DNA of 64,000 bases from Eledone cirrhosa (GCA_964016885.1 OZ024754.1:46066001-46130000), one strand, 5' to 3'. Numbered from the stretch's first letter, positions 42,965 to 56,300 are shown. Numbers and translations are program-made. Notes: generated by a model not told the origin, from the letters alone.

Positions 42965-43447
42965 CATATGGGGGTGGGAGTTGTGCATATATATATAGAT
43001 AAAATTATAACCTCATTATCTCAGAACACAGAACAATTCACGCCCCCCCCCCCCCCACAACCACACATACACATACACACATACACACACAGACAGGTAC
43101 AGAAATACGCACACACACACTCACACACACAAGCACGCACACACACAGAGTGATGAACATAGAGGAAAGTTAGGACAAAACAGCAGAAAGATAAGAAATT
43201 AAGAATTGAGGAGGATAACCAAGGCAACAGAACAACAATATGTAATAGAAAGAGAAAAGCAACAATAATAAGCACGTGGAGAATGTTAAGTAAAACGGAA
43301 ATGATTTCCATAATATCTTACATAGGAAGGATATTTGTTCCATGCACATTTTCAGAATCAAGTATTATCTGGTGCATCTCATAATGTGGGGTAGAACTGG
43401 TATTTTGTAAGGGTTTTTATTGTATTTGAATGCATTTTATTATTTTT

Positions 43448-43550
43448 TGCCGAGGTTGACTTTGCCTTTCATCCTTACGGGGTCGATAAAATAAAGCACC
43501 AGTAATGCACTGGGTCATTGCTGGCCTTGTGCCTAAAGTAGAAACAATTA
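43448..43550 (+). mobile_element. SINE family A, 3' half (an inverted tail copy lies at 44525-44586)
   Basis: gccgaggttgactttgcctttcatccttacggggtcgataaa..ggccttgtgcctaaagtagaaacaatta. Confidence 0.8.
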
Positions 43551-43702
43551 TTTTTTTCTATATCAACGGAACTAATATCTAAAAAATATCTGTAAATATA
43601 TATAAAATAAGAAAATGCGAAGTAGTTGCAGATGTTAAAGTCCGTATATATATATATATATACAAAGATAAGTACGTGTGTGTATGTATATGTGTGTGTA
43701 CA

Positions 43703-43745
<43 letters not shown>

Positions 43746-43770
43746 GTGTGTGTGTGTGTGTGTGTGTACA

Positions 43771-43829
<59 letters not shown>

Positions 43830-44017
43830 TTCAGGATAAAAAAAGTCAAACACAGGAACACTATCAGACTGTCTTAGTTTCACTCTTGGTGTAAAAGGAA
43901 AAGGAAAATTTCAAAATATCCGACGTTAGTCCTATATAAATGTTTGTTTATATATATATATATATATATATAATGTAAAACGAAAAATCAGTGATGCATC
44001 TGAACTCAATTTATTGT

Positions 44018-44097
44018 GTGTTACAATTGTTTCGCAGGCAGACAGCTCGAGACACGATCATTGTATGGATCTGTCTGATTCTGGACACTTCGGACAC
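44018..44097 (-). ncRNA. Degenerate hammerhead motif in a (TA)n-flanked insert
   Basis: GUGU-CCGAAGU-G...CAGACAG...CUGUCUG..C-GAAA-CAAUUG-UA-ACAC; two core changes (U4C, A9U). Confidence 0.5.
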
Positions 44098-44314
44098 TTG
44101 AAATAATTTCGGATTAAATTTTCTCACTGGGGTGTTAGTGTCAAAAAACATCTTCCTCGCTTGTCCTGCTGTTGGCTGTTATTTTTCTACGTCATCATAA
44201 ATTCTGGCCAATAGTTGCTGTGACACTGGCCATCAGCTGTCCCTCCGCCTGACACTTTAATGAATCCATGCTGGGTTTGGCATTTCACAAGTCCACTCGC
44301 GTACTCACAACCAC

Positions 44315-44407
<93 letters not shown>

Positions 44408-44597
44408 TTAGTTAAGCAAAACAAGACCACAAATTTCACAAGGAAGACATTATTAAAAGATTGTCAACATATTTTAGTTTGATGTAAGGAATGTAGAGAA
44501 TAATAATAATAATAATATTAATAATAATTGTTTCTACTTTAGGCACAAGGCCAGCAATTAACCAGTGCATTACTGGTACTTTATTATAATAATGTCC

Positions 44598-44716
44598 GTT
44601 TACAATTGTTTCGCTACTCGATATAATATTTCTGGATCAGATGACTATATATCATTATTGATCTGGTTCAGTTGAAAATAATTAACATATTTAAAAACAG
44701 AGCGGCTCATCGGAAC
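44598..44716 (-). ncRNA. Hammerhead motif, U4C variant, ~95-nt stem II region
   Basis: GUU-CCGAUGA-GCCGCUC...GAGUAGC-GAAA-CAAUUG-UA-AAC. Confidence 0.6.
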
Positions 44717-44961
44717 TTCAAAGGAATATAAATTAAAATAAGGAGAGAATGTTACATAATGTAATGTTCCATATATTGGTATTTCACTATGGTGTCCTGG
44801 TTATATCAATTGTAAGCCATAATCAAGCAGTATTCATCTGTCGAGACTGCATTGTGTGAGATCTGCCTATGGGTAACAAGATCTTGATTATGGCTGACAA
44901 TTGATACAACCAAGACACACATACACACACAGACACGTACAGAAATACACATACACACACT

Positions 44962-45024
<63 letters not shown>

Positions 45025-45188
45025 GCACGCACACACACAGAGTGATGAACATAGAGCAAAGTTAGGACAAAACAGCAGAAAGATATATATATATAAATAA
45101 AAGTTTAACAAGGTTCAATGAATTAATCAATGAATAAAATTTTACAATCGAATAGAAGCACTCTACAGTAGGTTTTCTGGAGTTATTA

Positions 45189-45624
<436 letters not shown>

Positions 45625-46464
45625 TCACATACACACACACACGCACACAACCGTATAAATAACAACATACGCGTCCATAGACGCCTACCTACATGCCCAC
45701 GTACATCACCTCTCGGATGATGCGTTATGTCCTTGAGCTTTATTTCACGTTGCTCTTTCTGCCAGGAGTTGCGACAGGTAGAGAGTATCAGCAATGGAAA
45801 GATCAATGGAAACATTGTTTCCTTGGTCCGATTTGACGAGTTCCACCCCACATAGTCAGCGAGGTCCGGGATCCTTGCAATCGATTTCCTCCTTCTCTGT
45901 CATTCTACGAATCTTAGAAGTTCCTAAAAAAGGGTAATAAAACACTCCTTTCCTTCCCTAACTGAAGAATAAAAACATTGACCTAATGGCTGCCTAGATG
46001 ACACATTCTACATATGTGTAGAGAGCGTGGAAAGGGAGAGAATTATAACACAGAATGGTCAGATTTCTTCGATAGTATTACAGAATTTGATATAATTGAA
46101 TTTAAAATTATTGCCATTTTATAGATAAAAGTTAGTGTTAGACAAACGTTTCCGTTAACTTTGAGCATCATACTATATATGGTATTGTAAGTGTTCGTTT
46201 TATCGTTTCTAAATAAAACGAGGACACATATTGACAACTGACGTTTATCTGAACATATTTTCATACATTTATACATACGTACACAAACATACATACATAC
46301 ATATATACATACATACAGACAGACACATACAGACGTGTGTGTGTGTGAATATTTATCTACTTATGTGTGTGAAGGGTATAATTGTCTCTCCAAAATCTTC
46401 CCTTACCTTTAACTAGACCTTTTTTTGTTTACATATCTTTTCTTTCTTTCTTTCTTTCTCTCTT

Positions 46465-46496
<32 letters not shown>

Positions 46497-47055
46497 TCTC
46501 TATCCTCTTTCTCTCCCTTACACACACACAGACGCATGCACGCACATGCATGCTTATACACGAACACACATATGCAAACATATATGCATACACATACATA
46601 TTTACAAATATACAAACATACGTACATACACACGTACATACATATACATACACACGTACATACACATACACACATACATACATGCATACATGCATACATG
46701 CATACATACATACATACATACATACATACATACATACATACATACATACATACATACATACATACATACATACATACATACATCTTTCTATCTACCTGCC
46801 TATTTATATCGTATCTATCTTCTTGTGAAATGCCAATCATTTGAGGAAAAACTGCCTGCAACAATGAAATTACACAGTACGACCAGCTCTGTCGTTAACA
46901 AAGTAGCTGAGAGTGCCACCATTTATCATTTGAAGACAATTATATAAATTTGAATGTCGCAGACGACCTTGCTACGTCCTTTCTCAAAATTAGATAACTT
47001 CATGAAATGAAGATCAAGTGGGACAATGGTTATCACTCTTATCTCTATCTCTCCC

Positions 47056-47106
<51 letters not shown>

Positions 47107-47300
47107 CTGTGTGTGTGTGTATACATATATATATATATATGTGTATATATATATATACATATTTATATATAGAGGGAGAGAGAGAGATTTATATAAATTG
47201 TATATACGTATCCATATGCATATCTATATATATTACATATATATACTCATATATATATATATGTAAATAAATATACATATATATCATATATATATATATC

Positions 47301-47331
<31 letters not shown>

Positions 47332-47753
47332 GAGAGTGATATATGTATGTGTGTGTGTAAGAGGGGATATATACATACATACATACATACATACATACAT
47401 ACATACATACATACATACATACATACATACATACATACATACATACATACATACATACATACTCTCTCTTACAGAATTGTTATTCTGTTGTTGATGTTTG
47501 TGTCTGCTTTTTTTATTTTCTCGTTAAAGATTGTCTTAAAGAAATGTTGACTGAGTAATGTATGTTTATACGAAATAAGTGTGTCAATGCATGCGTGTGT
47601 GTGTGTGTGTGTGTGTGTGCTTGTGTGTGTGTATATGTGTGTGTGTGTTCGTGTGATTTCATCTGTATGTGATCGTGTGTATGTCTGTTGGTGTACCTGT
47701 ATGTGTGCTTAAGATTTCATGTGTGGTATGCGTTTCTTGGATATGTACATGTA

Positions 47754-47813
<60 letters not shown>

Positions 47814-47978
47814 GCGCGCATACAATGACACTCTTATTTCGTATAAACATACATTACTCAGTCAACATTTCTTTAAGACAATCTTTAACGAGAAAATAAA
47901 AAAGCAGACACAAACATCAACAACAGAATAACAATTCTGTAAGAGAGAGTATGTATGTATGTATGTATGTATGTATAT

Positions 47979-48561
47979 ATGTATCCCAGTACAACCTGTC
48001 CCATGGTCGGGTCGTTGGCGACTAAACTGGCAACCCCACCAAGGTTTCTCGGTGAGGTGGGTGACTTTGGACATCCTGCAGGACTAAAAACAAAACCTGT
48101 CAAAGGGCAAAGGAGCTCTTAAGAGTCAATGGCCATCCAAAATCACCAGGAGAGATGACCCCTTAGCCTTTGTCAAGGCAGAATTCTAGGAGAAGGAAAA
48201 CTCTGATATAACACCTGCAACCCTGATGGTTTCCAATGATGTTGACTTGTTCTTCTTTTTGGTAAATATCATCTTGGTTAAGAGAGTGGGACTGGCTTTG
48301 TGCAGTGCCTTTGCTCACTATAAAAGCTTCACAGCACAGGCATTGCTTTATATCTGGAGATCTCTCTGCACTTGTCGTCACATGGTACCATGGGCCCAGC
48401 ACTATGTGTCAATAATTGTCACAAGTGTAGTGTTTGTACCAGAGTTTTCAAGTGGCTGGCTGGACTAAAAAGTCACACTTATTCAGCGCATCGGTAGGGG
48501 TTCTCCTACATGGATATAAAGTAGTGGCCGTACTCGAAAACGAGTTGGCAGCCACCACCAT
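47979..48561 (+). mobile_element. Non-coding ~580-bp element, copy 1 (RTE 5'UTR-like / SINE-like) in (TATG)n
   Basis: Near-identical to 48830-49425; contains ctaggagaaggaaaactctga, which I recall from RTE 5' UTRs. Confidence 0.6.
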
Positions 48562-48562
48562 G

Positions 48563-48596
<34 letters not shown>

Positions 48597-48770
48597 TGTA
48601 TGTATGTATGTATGTATGTATGTATGTATGTATATATGTATGTATATATGTATGTATATATGTATGTATGTATATATGTATATATGTATGTATATATGTA
48701 TGTATATATGTATGTATGTATATATGTATATATGTATTTATGTATGTATATATGTATGTATGTATGTATG

Positions 48771-48804
<34 letters not shown>

Positions 48805-48829
48805 TGTACAAATATACATACATACATAT

Positions 48830-49425
48830 GTCAGGTCACCAGTTGGTGCTACTGGTAACATGTATCCCAGTACAACCTGTCTCATGGTCGGATCGTTGGC
48901 GACTAAACTGGCAACCCCACAAAGGTTTCTTGGTGAGGAGGGTGACTTTGGACATCCTGAAGGACTAAAAACAAAACCTGTCAAAGGGCAAAGGAGCTCT
49001 TAAGAGTCAATGGCCATCCAAAATCACCGGGGGAGATGACCCCTTAGCCTTTGTCAAGGCAGAATTCTAGGAGAAGGAAAACACCTGCAACCCTGATGGT
49101 ATCCAATGATGTTGACTTCTTCTTTTTGGTAAATATCATCTTGGTTAAGAGAGTGGGACTGGCCTTGTGCAGTGCCTTTGCTCACTATAAAAGCTTCACG
49201 GCACAGACATTGCTTTATATCTGGAGATCTCTCTGCACTTGTTGTCACATGGTACCATGGGCCCAGCACTATGTGTCAATAATTGTCACAAGTGTAGTGT
49301 TTGTACCAGAGTTTTCAAGTCGCTGGCTGGACTAAAAAGTCACACTCGTTCAGCGCATCGGTAGGGGTTCTCCTACATGGATATAAAGTAGAGGGCGTAC
49401 TAGAAAACGAGTTGGCAGCCACCAT
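48830..49425 (+). mobile_element. Non-coding ~600-bp element, copy 2 (longer 5' end) in (TATG)n
   Basis: Tandem copy separated from copy 1 by ~270 bp of (TATG)n-like repeat. Confidence 0.6.
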
Positions 49426-49510
49426 GTATTTATGTATGTATGTATGTATGTATGTATTTATCACTCTCCCCTCTTACACACACACATACACATACATATA
49501 TCACTCTCTC

Positions 49511-49546
<36 letters not shown>

Positions 49547-49818
49547 ATATATGTATATTTATTTACATATATATATGAGTATATATATAGATGTAATATA
49601 TATAGATATGCATGTCGATGCGTATAAACATATATATATATATATATATACTCGTGTTTGTTTATGTATATACGTGTATTTCCTCGTAGTTTATCTGTTA
49701 AGCTTCTATGTGAAATTTAGGTGGTTCATATTCCGGTACTTACGCTTCATTCTGTTAATCCAACACACTGCAAATAGACATCGTGTGTGTATACAGTTCA
49801 CGTGTGTATACGGTATAG

Positions 49819-49975
49819 GCGACGAATTGGCAGAGTCGTTAGAACGTCGGATAGAATACTTTATGGTATTCGTTCCGGCTGTCTGCTCTCTGAGTTCAAA
49901 TCCCACCGAAATCAACTTTGCCTTTCATCCTTACGAGGTCGATAAAAAAAATACCAGTCAGTCCTGGGGTCGATT
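49819..49975 (+). mobile_element. SINE family A
   Basis: Closely resembles the 3575 copy. Confidence 0.85.
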
Positions 49976-50561
49976 CTTCCTCTCTCTGGAAGAAATCTAC
50001 TGTACTCAGGCCTGGAGAGAAATAGACTCCACCATGTTTAAAATGGCCAAGAAACACCGTATGTTAATACGACGCCCCTACGACTCTATCAGGAGTTACG
50101 GGACCTTACCATACACAAGGACACGTGCTTACACAAGGACACATTTCATTTTTCCGATAAGATGATAAAAAATGAATTCTATAGAGTGTATTTTGTAATT
50201 TTACGCAGTTAAAATCATTTATTAATTAACGCATTTAAATACGTTTTGTTGTGTGTATTTTCTAATTTATGCAGTTCAAAATTATTTATTAATTAACAGA
50301 TCAAAATGTGTTTAGTATTATGTATTTTGTAATTTACACGTTTAAAATAGTTTATTGATTAACGCATTAAAACGTGTTTTGCATTGTATTTTCGTTAATA
50401 TACGTTGTTAAAATTCTTAATTAACTGACAGAAAGAGAAAATGCATTTCGTAATTCATGTTAAGAAAAATATTTACTTTTGTTCATTCTTGAATCTAACG
50501 AATTTCAAACACAATTAACCTACCAATAATAGAAAAATAACGGATACATGATATGTGTGTG

Positions 50562-50663
<102 letters not shown>

Positions 50664-51131
50664 TATGTACATGCATAAAGACATATATGTATATACATAT
50701 ATGTGTGTGTGTGTTTGTGTGTGTGTGTACATACATTTACTCTCACGTTTACACATACATCACACACACACACACACATATATATATACAAAGCTAGAAA
50801 ACGTCTTAGGCGAATAGTTATCTAAAGTTTGGCCTCATAGGACTGATGGAAGGGGAGATAATTCATGCAAAAGCTTCAGAATCGTACAAATTGTGGCCAA
50901 CGCGGTAGTTTGTTGTAAAGAGAAGGGGATTTTTACAATCTGGGAATTATTACAACAAAATTAAAGTTGACACTTGAAGAAATAATTGGATTTGTAGTGA
51001 AATTCCTCCAATATGTCTCCTCTCTCGCTTCCATTTCTATATCTGTCTGTATATATATGTGTGTGTGTGTGTGTATATATATTAATATATAAAGGAACAA
51101 AGAATCAGTGTTGCATCATATACATATTTAT

Positions 51132-51225
51132 AACATATTACATATGTTTCACGGTCGATCAGCTCGAGGAACGTTCTATTAATGATCGAACCTGACTCTG
51201 GAATCGGAAGTTCCTCAGATATGTT
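51132..51225 (-). ncRNA. Type I hammerhead ribozyme motif with intact core and long stem II
   Basis: Minus strand reads AACAUAU-CUGAGGA-[~60 nt closed by AC..GU, with inner UCGAUCA/UGAUCGA]-GAAA-CAUAUG-UA-AUAUGUU. It has a 7-bp stem I, palindromic stem/loop III and a GUA cleavage triplet. Confidence 0.8.
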
Positions 51226-51325
51226 TCAGGCTTGCGTCTGAGACTGTCTGAATATTTTCCGAAATCCTTCTTATAAGTTAGCAAACTTTCTCACATAGTG
51301 ATATTCAGCCGTATTAGTTAATTGG

Positions 51326-52166
51326 TTTAGGATGTCAGACAATGGTGTGAAGAGAGTTACACAATTTAGGATGTCAGACAATGGTATTAAGAGAGTTACA
51401 TCACAATTTAGGATGCCAGACAATGGTGTGAAGAGAGTTACATCACAATTTAGGATGTCAGACAATGGTGTGAAGAGAGTTACATTACAATTTAGGATGT
51501 CAGACAATGGTGTGAAGAGAGTTACACAATTTAGGATGTCAGACAATGGTATTAAGAGAGTTACATCACAATTTAGGATGTCAGACAATGGTGTGAAGAG
51601 AGTTACACAATTTAGGATGTCAGACAATGGTGTGAAGAGAGTTACATCACAATTTAGGATGTCAGACAATGGTGTGAAGAGAGTTACATCACAATTTAGG
51701 ATGTCAGACAATGGTGTGAAGAGAGTTACATCACAATTTAGGATGCCAGACAATGGTATGAAGAGAGTTACATCACAATTTAGGATGTCAGACAATGGTG
51801 TGAAGAGAGTTACACAATTTAGGATGTCAGACAATGGTGTGAAGAGAGTTACATCACAATTTAGGATGTCAGACAATGGTGTGAAGAGAGTTACACAATT
51901 AAGGATGTCAGACAATGGTGTGAAGAGAGTTACATCACAATTTAGGATGTCAGACAATGGTGTGAAGAGAGTTACACAATTTAGGATGTCAGACAATGGT
52001 GTGAAGAGAGTTACATCACAATTTAGGATGTCAGACAATGGTGTGAAGAGAGTTACACAATTTAGGATGTCAGACAATGGTGTGAAGAGAGTTACATCAC
52101 AATTTAGGATGTCAGACAATGGTGTGAAGAGAGTTACATCACAATTTAGAATGTCAGACAATGGTA
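51326..52166. repeat. 42/39-bp minisatellite, 20 full units
   Basis: tttaggatgtcagacaatggtgtgaagagagttac(atc)acaa. Confidence 0.98.
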
Positions 52167-53394
52167 AAAGAAGTTTACGAAAGTTTCCTCATTACAGCAC
52201 CGAAACCATTTTAGTGAAATTCCAGTCAACTCCATTGTTGTCTTGGCAAATGGCGACCCATGTCGTACAGATTTCTTCCATTCTTTTATCCTCTCTATCC
52301 ATTCACTTTTTTTTTATCCGTTTTGTTTGCATTGTTTTTGTTGTTTGGTTATTACCTTCTTCATTTCTTTTCTTTTATCTTTTCTTTTTTCTTTTCTTTT
52401 TTCTTTTCTTTTTTCTTTTCTTTTTTCTTTTCTTTTTTCTTTTCTTTTTTCTTTTCTTTTTTCTATCTTTGTCTTTTTCTCTATTTCGTGTTTTCATCTT
52501 CTCATTTTCCCTTCACTTCTTCTTTTCCTTCTCCTACTATTTCTCCCTCTCCTTCTTTCCCTCCCCGTCTTTTTCTATTCCTACTAATTTTCTCTCTACT
52601 TCTCCATCTTATAATTCTTCACTTCTTTCCCTCTCCTCCTTCGCTACTCCTTCCTTCCTTCTCCTCCTTCGCTACTTCTTCCTCTCCGTCCTCCTTGTAG
52701 TTCTTTATTCTACTTCCTCTTCCTTTTTGTTGTTTTCTTCTTTTCCCTTTCATTTAGTTTTTACTTCTTTTAGTTTCTTTGTTTCATTTTTGTTTCTTTA
52801 ACTCCTTTTTGTAGAAGATTTGGCTGCTACATCTAGCAGGCCAAGTGACTACATTAAGGTAGGCTTCATCATTTGTGGGAGTATTAGCCAAGTTAACAAT
52901 GTCTGGCACTACTTTTAAACAACTATAAATTATAATCTACAACAAACATTTCGTTGTATTGTTCTGCAAAGGAGTTTATTTTACAACACCACATCCCCAC
53001 CCCCACCACACACACCTAGATATAATGTATAAGTCCCATATTTTCTGTAAAACAGTTTGCTAAAACACAACCCCACACACCCCACTCCTTAGTCCCCGTA
53101 TCTTATTTTCTGAAAGTTCAATAAAACACAACACCACAGTCCATCCCATCAAGTTTCTGTTAATATGTACCATATTTTCTGGAAGTTCAATAGGACACAA
53201 CGCCACACTTCCCCCGCCCTAGTTGCCGTGAATAAATATCATATTTTCTGCAAGAAAGTTCAATAGAACTAATCATCGTCTCTTAGATAACTGCCATCTT
53301 GAAGAGTCAGTGAATTGACTTCATTTACTTCATCAGCGTGTGTTATGAATATTTATATTTTAAAGAGCAGTCAGATTGCAATAACATATTTTCC

Positions 53395-53620
53395 AAATAT
53401 TTTTCTATATTAACCTTTAATGATGCTGGTCATATTCGGTAAGCAGTTGAAGTTTCCTCCTCTTTTTTGTCTTTAGAACAGACGGCGATTTTTTTCTTAG
53501 CTCAGCTTGCGGTCGTGTTTTGATGAGATTGAAAAAACTTCTTGGCATACTTGTTCATCATAGATGTTATACGGCGGATTATACGCTAATATATTTCTAT
53601 TCTTAGTATTTTTAGAATGT
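53395..53620 (-). pseudogene. Penelope-like (Naiad-type) RT-EN linker relic
   Basis: RNILAYNPPY...FFNLIK...NCLPNMTSIIKG with frameshifts; compare RNIIWFNPPY...FLxLI...YSCxPNMxSII. Confidence 0.7.
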
Positions 53621-54140
53621 GTATTGTTTGTTACTTGTGAATACTTAATGTTTTGTCACAGAAATGAATACTGGAATATCTTTCATCTTTTCTTTGTAGA
53701 CGACTAGAAGTTGTACGAGCTGTGGGTTAACCACATCAGAAATTACAGCAGTGGGACACCAACTTAGGGATGTTCCCGCGTGAGTTTGTATCTCATCTAC
53801 GTCGCCACTGTTATGATGGAGTGACACACCTGTTTTGTATATCTGTACGAAACGAAGGTAACACCCAAGTTATTCACCAGGTGTAATTCCGAACTACGAA
53901 ACTACGTACACACAGTCCCCTGACAGTTCACTTCAGTTCTTATTTATAGAGTTTCGCCTAGTTCACTTTTGCGGGGGTATTCAGGGTTTCCCCCACAACA
54001 CTATGAAACCTCATTAACCTATTTTCCACACTTATTGCAATGATGTGAGATACGGTGTGTATCTCTGATGGTAAAACATGGAAAACAGGTGCCTTCCCCC
54101 GAAAAATTAAATATGAACGGCATGACAATAACACCTAGGC

Positions 54141-55051
54141 CAGAGGTTCTCAAAGTGGACGCCACTGTCCTCCGGGAGTGTTGAGATGGTCCAGGGGGGC
54201 ACTGGGGCCTAATGGGGCGGTGGAGAGGCGGTAGAGATGATATAATAGTATATTAAATATCAAATGATACATATTATATATAAATATAGTAAAATAAAAA
54301 ATATATAATATTTATTTATACATAATATATATTATATTAGACACTGTACGGCTTAATTCGGGATGTTTGTTTACAAACACACCGAGCATTATAATAAATG
54401 TTCGGTGAATCCATACGTACATATATATGTGTGTATGTATGTATATATATATACATACTACTGTGCGTCTGTATACATATATGTATGTACGTATACATAC
54501 TTTTATTTAAGTAACAGCCGTACTAAGAGTGAGAAATGAAATTTCGTTTCATTTTTTTCCGTTTATCGTTTTCGGTACCCCGGCCGATTAACTCACTCGA
54601 TATGCAAATTAGGCTGCTCAGCCGTTAATATGCATAAGGAAAGTATATACTTTCAGACGTTCAATCATCTGGCAGGAAGGTATGCGTTGTTGACGATAGC
54701 TAATAAGCTTGAAACTTTGTCAGTGTTGAACAAATGAGCAACGATGGTTGCTAGACACTGTACGGCTTAATTCGGGATGTTAGTTTACAAACACACCGAG
54801 CATTATGTTCTATGAATCCATACGTACATATATATATGTGTGCACGCATGTATATATATATACATACTACTGTGCGTCTGTATACATATATGTATGTACG
54901 TATACATACTTATATTATATTATTATTGATAAATTAACGATTTTATTTATTATATATTATTTACAGTTTGCATGTAGGGGAGCACTGAGGGTATTACGTG
55001 GCCGTGAGGGGGTATGGGGAGGGGGTGACCCCAAATGTTTGAGAACCTCTG
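54141..55051. mobile_element. Same hAT MITE family in opposite orientation, with a nested ~570-bp insert
   Basis: TIRs cagaggttctcaaa / tttgagaacctctg; degenerate TSD acctaggc/acctatac; the body is the reverse complement of 28370-28687. Confidence 0.85.
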
Positions 55052-55944
55052 ACCTATACAGTCAGGTGACAACTACAGATACCCTGGGAGAATATCAGGT
55101 ATGATAAACCCATTAATAAGATGGAAAGAAATGAATGCCTGACGATAGTTTTTAAAAAGTATAGTTATCAAAACTTTCAGCATACAACAAGCATATCGCT
55201 AACAACATATATACATATATATATACATTCATATATGAACATATATATGTGTGTGTTTATATATATATATATGTGTTTGTGCATATATGCATATGTGTTT
55301 GTGTGTGTACGTATGTACGTGTGTGTATGTGTGTGTATATATGTATATATGTATATATGTGTGAGTGTGTGTGTATATATATATGTATATATTCATGTAT
55401 GTATATAGAGTCATGTTAACATTATTTTACTGGAAGCTGCGTCTTTCTAAATTATTTACTCCGAGTTTCTCATTTCCGCCAATCGTCGAACGATTGTAAA
55501 GAATGGAACGTCGGAAATATATTTAAAGACCCACACTGAAGATGTTTAGATATTTAGGCCAGTTTTACTGGATTGAAAAATGAACGGCTCTTATTCGTTG
55601 ACAATATAACCGTTGTATACAAAATCAATAAAGGGGTAGAATGGAGGGGGAGATTTACCAGTTTGAGAAAAGAATAAAAGAAAAGGGAAAAGAAGAGGAA
55701 AAAGGCAAAAGTAAAAATGGAAGAACAGGAAGAAAAGAGGGAAAGGAGAGATGTAAATATCAAATATAGAAAAATAAAAATAAAGAGTATTTAAGGCATA
55801 GATAAACGCGAGTGAAATGTTTTTTTAATAAAAAGCAGATGTAAATAAGAGGATATTTAGCGATTGTAAAAGAAAGAGAAAAATAGAAGATTTTTGCGTA
55901 CAAAAACAGGAATGAAAAAAATCTCGAAAAATAACGTGAGGAAG

Positions 55945-56300
55945 AGAAATAATTAATGGAGAAATTGGATGACGTTATATGAAGAAAGGGATAACGCTAT
56001 CGTTTTCTTCAACAAAGGTATACTTTCAAAGTATACGTACAACAACTTTGGATTTAACAAAAAACCCTTCAAGCAGAGAACTCAGGCCATTTGAATCACA
56101 TCTTTTCAATCTGGCAAAAAGAATAAGGTTCCAGAAAGTCTACAACATATTTCAAAGCTTCTTAAAAAAAGAATTTGACATCTTTACATAATTTCAAAAG
56201 AAAGTCCACGTGTCACTGGGTATGACCACAAATTATTATGACATTCACAAAAATACATATCACAGACATTCATCTCATGACATTAACAACATTTACATAA
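55945..56300 (+). pseudogene. Penelope-like (Naiad-type) ORF N-terminal relic
   Basis: LMEKLDDVI...ELRPFESHLFNLAKRIRFQKVYNIFQSFLKKE...TTNYY matches the recalled PLE pattern ELKxFExDLxxLxKxIKFR...FQxxLK...ADKTxNYY. Confidence 0.7.

Larger units (their letters stand above)
47195..49630. repeat. Large inverted duplication whose right arm is interrupted by two tandem inserts
   Basis: 47461-47600 is the reverse complement of 47810-47950, and 47195-47370 is the reverse complement of ~49455-49630. Confidence 0.85.

Noticed and set aside
51332-52801. 489-aa ORF
   Set aside because: It is a minisatellite joined to a pyrimidine-rich low-complexity tract, so it is not called as a CDS.
53640-53890. Possible second GIY-YIG relic on the minus strand
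   Set aside because: The similarity is too weak to support by eye.
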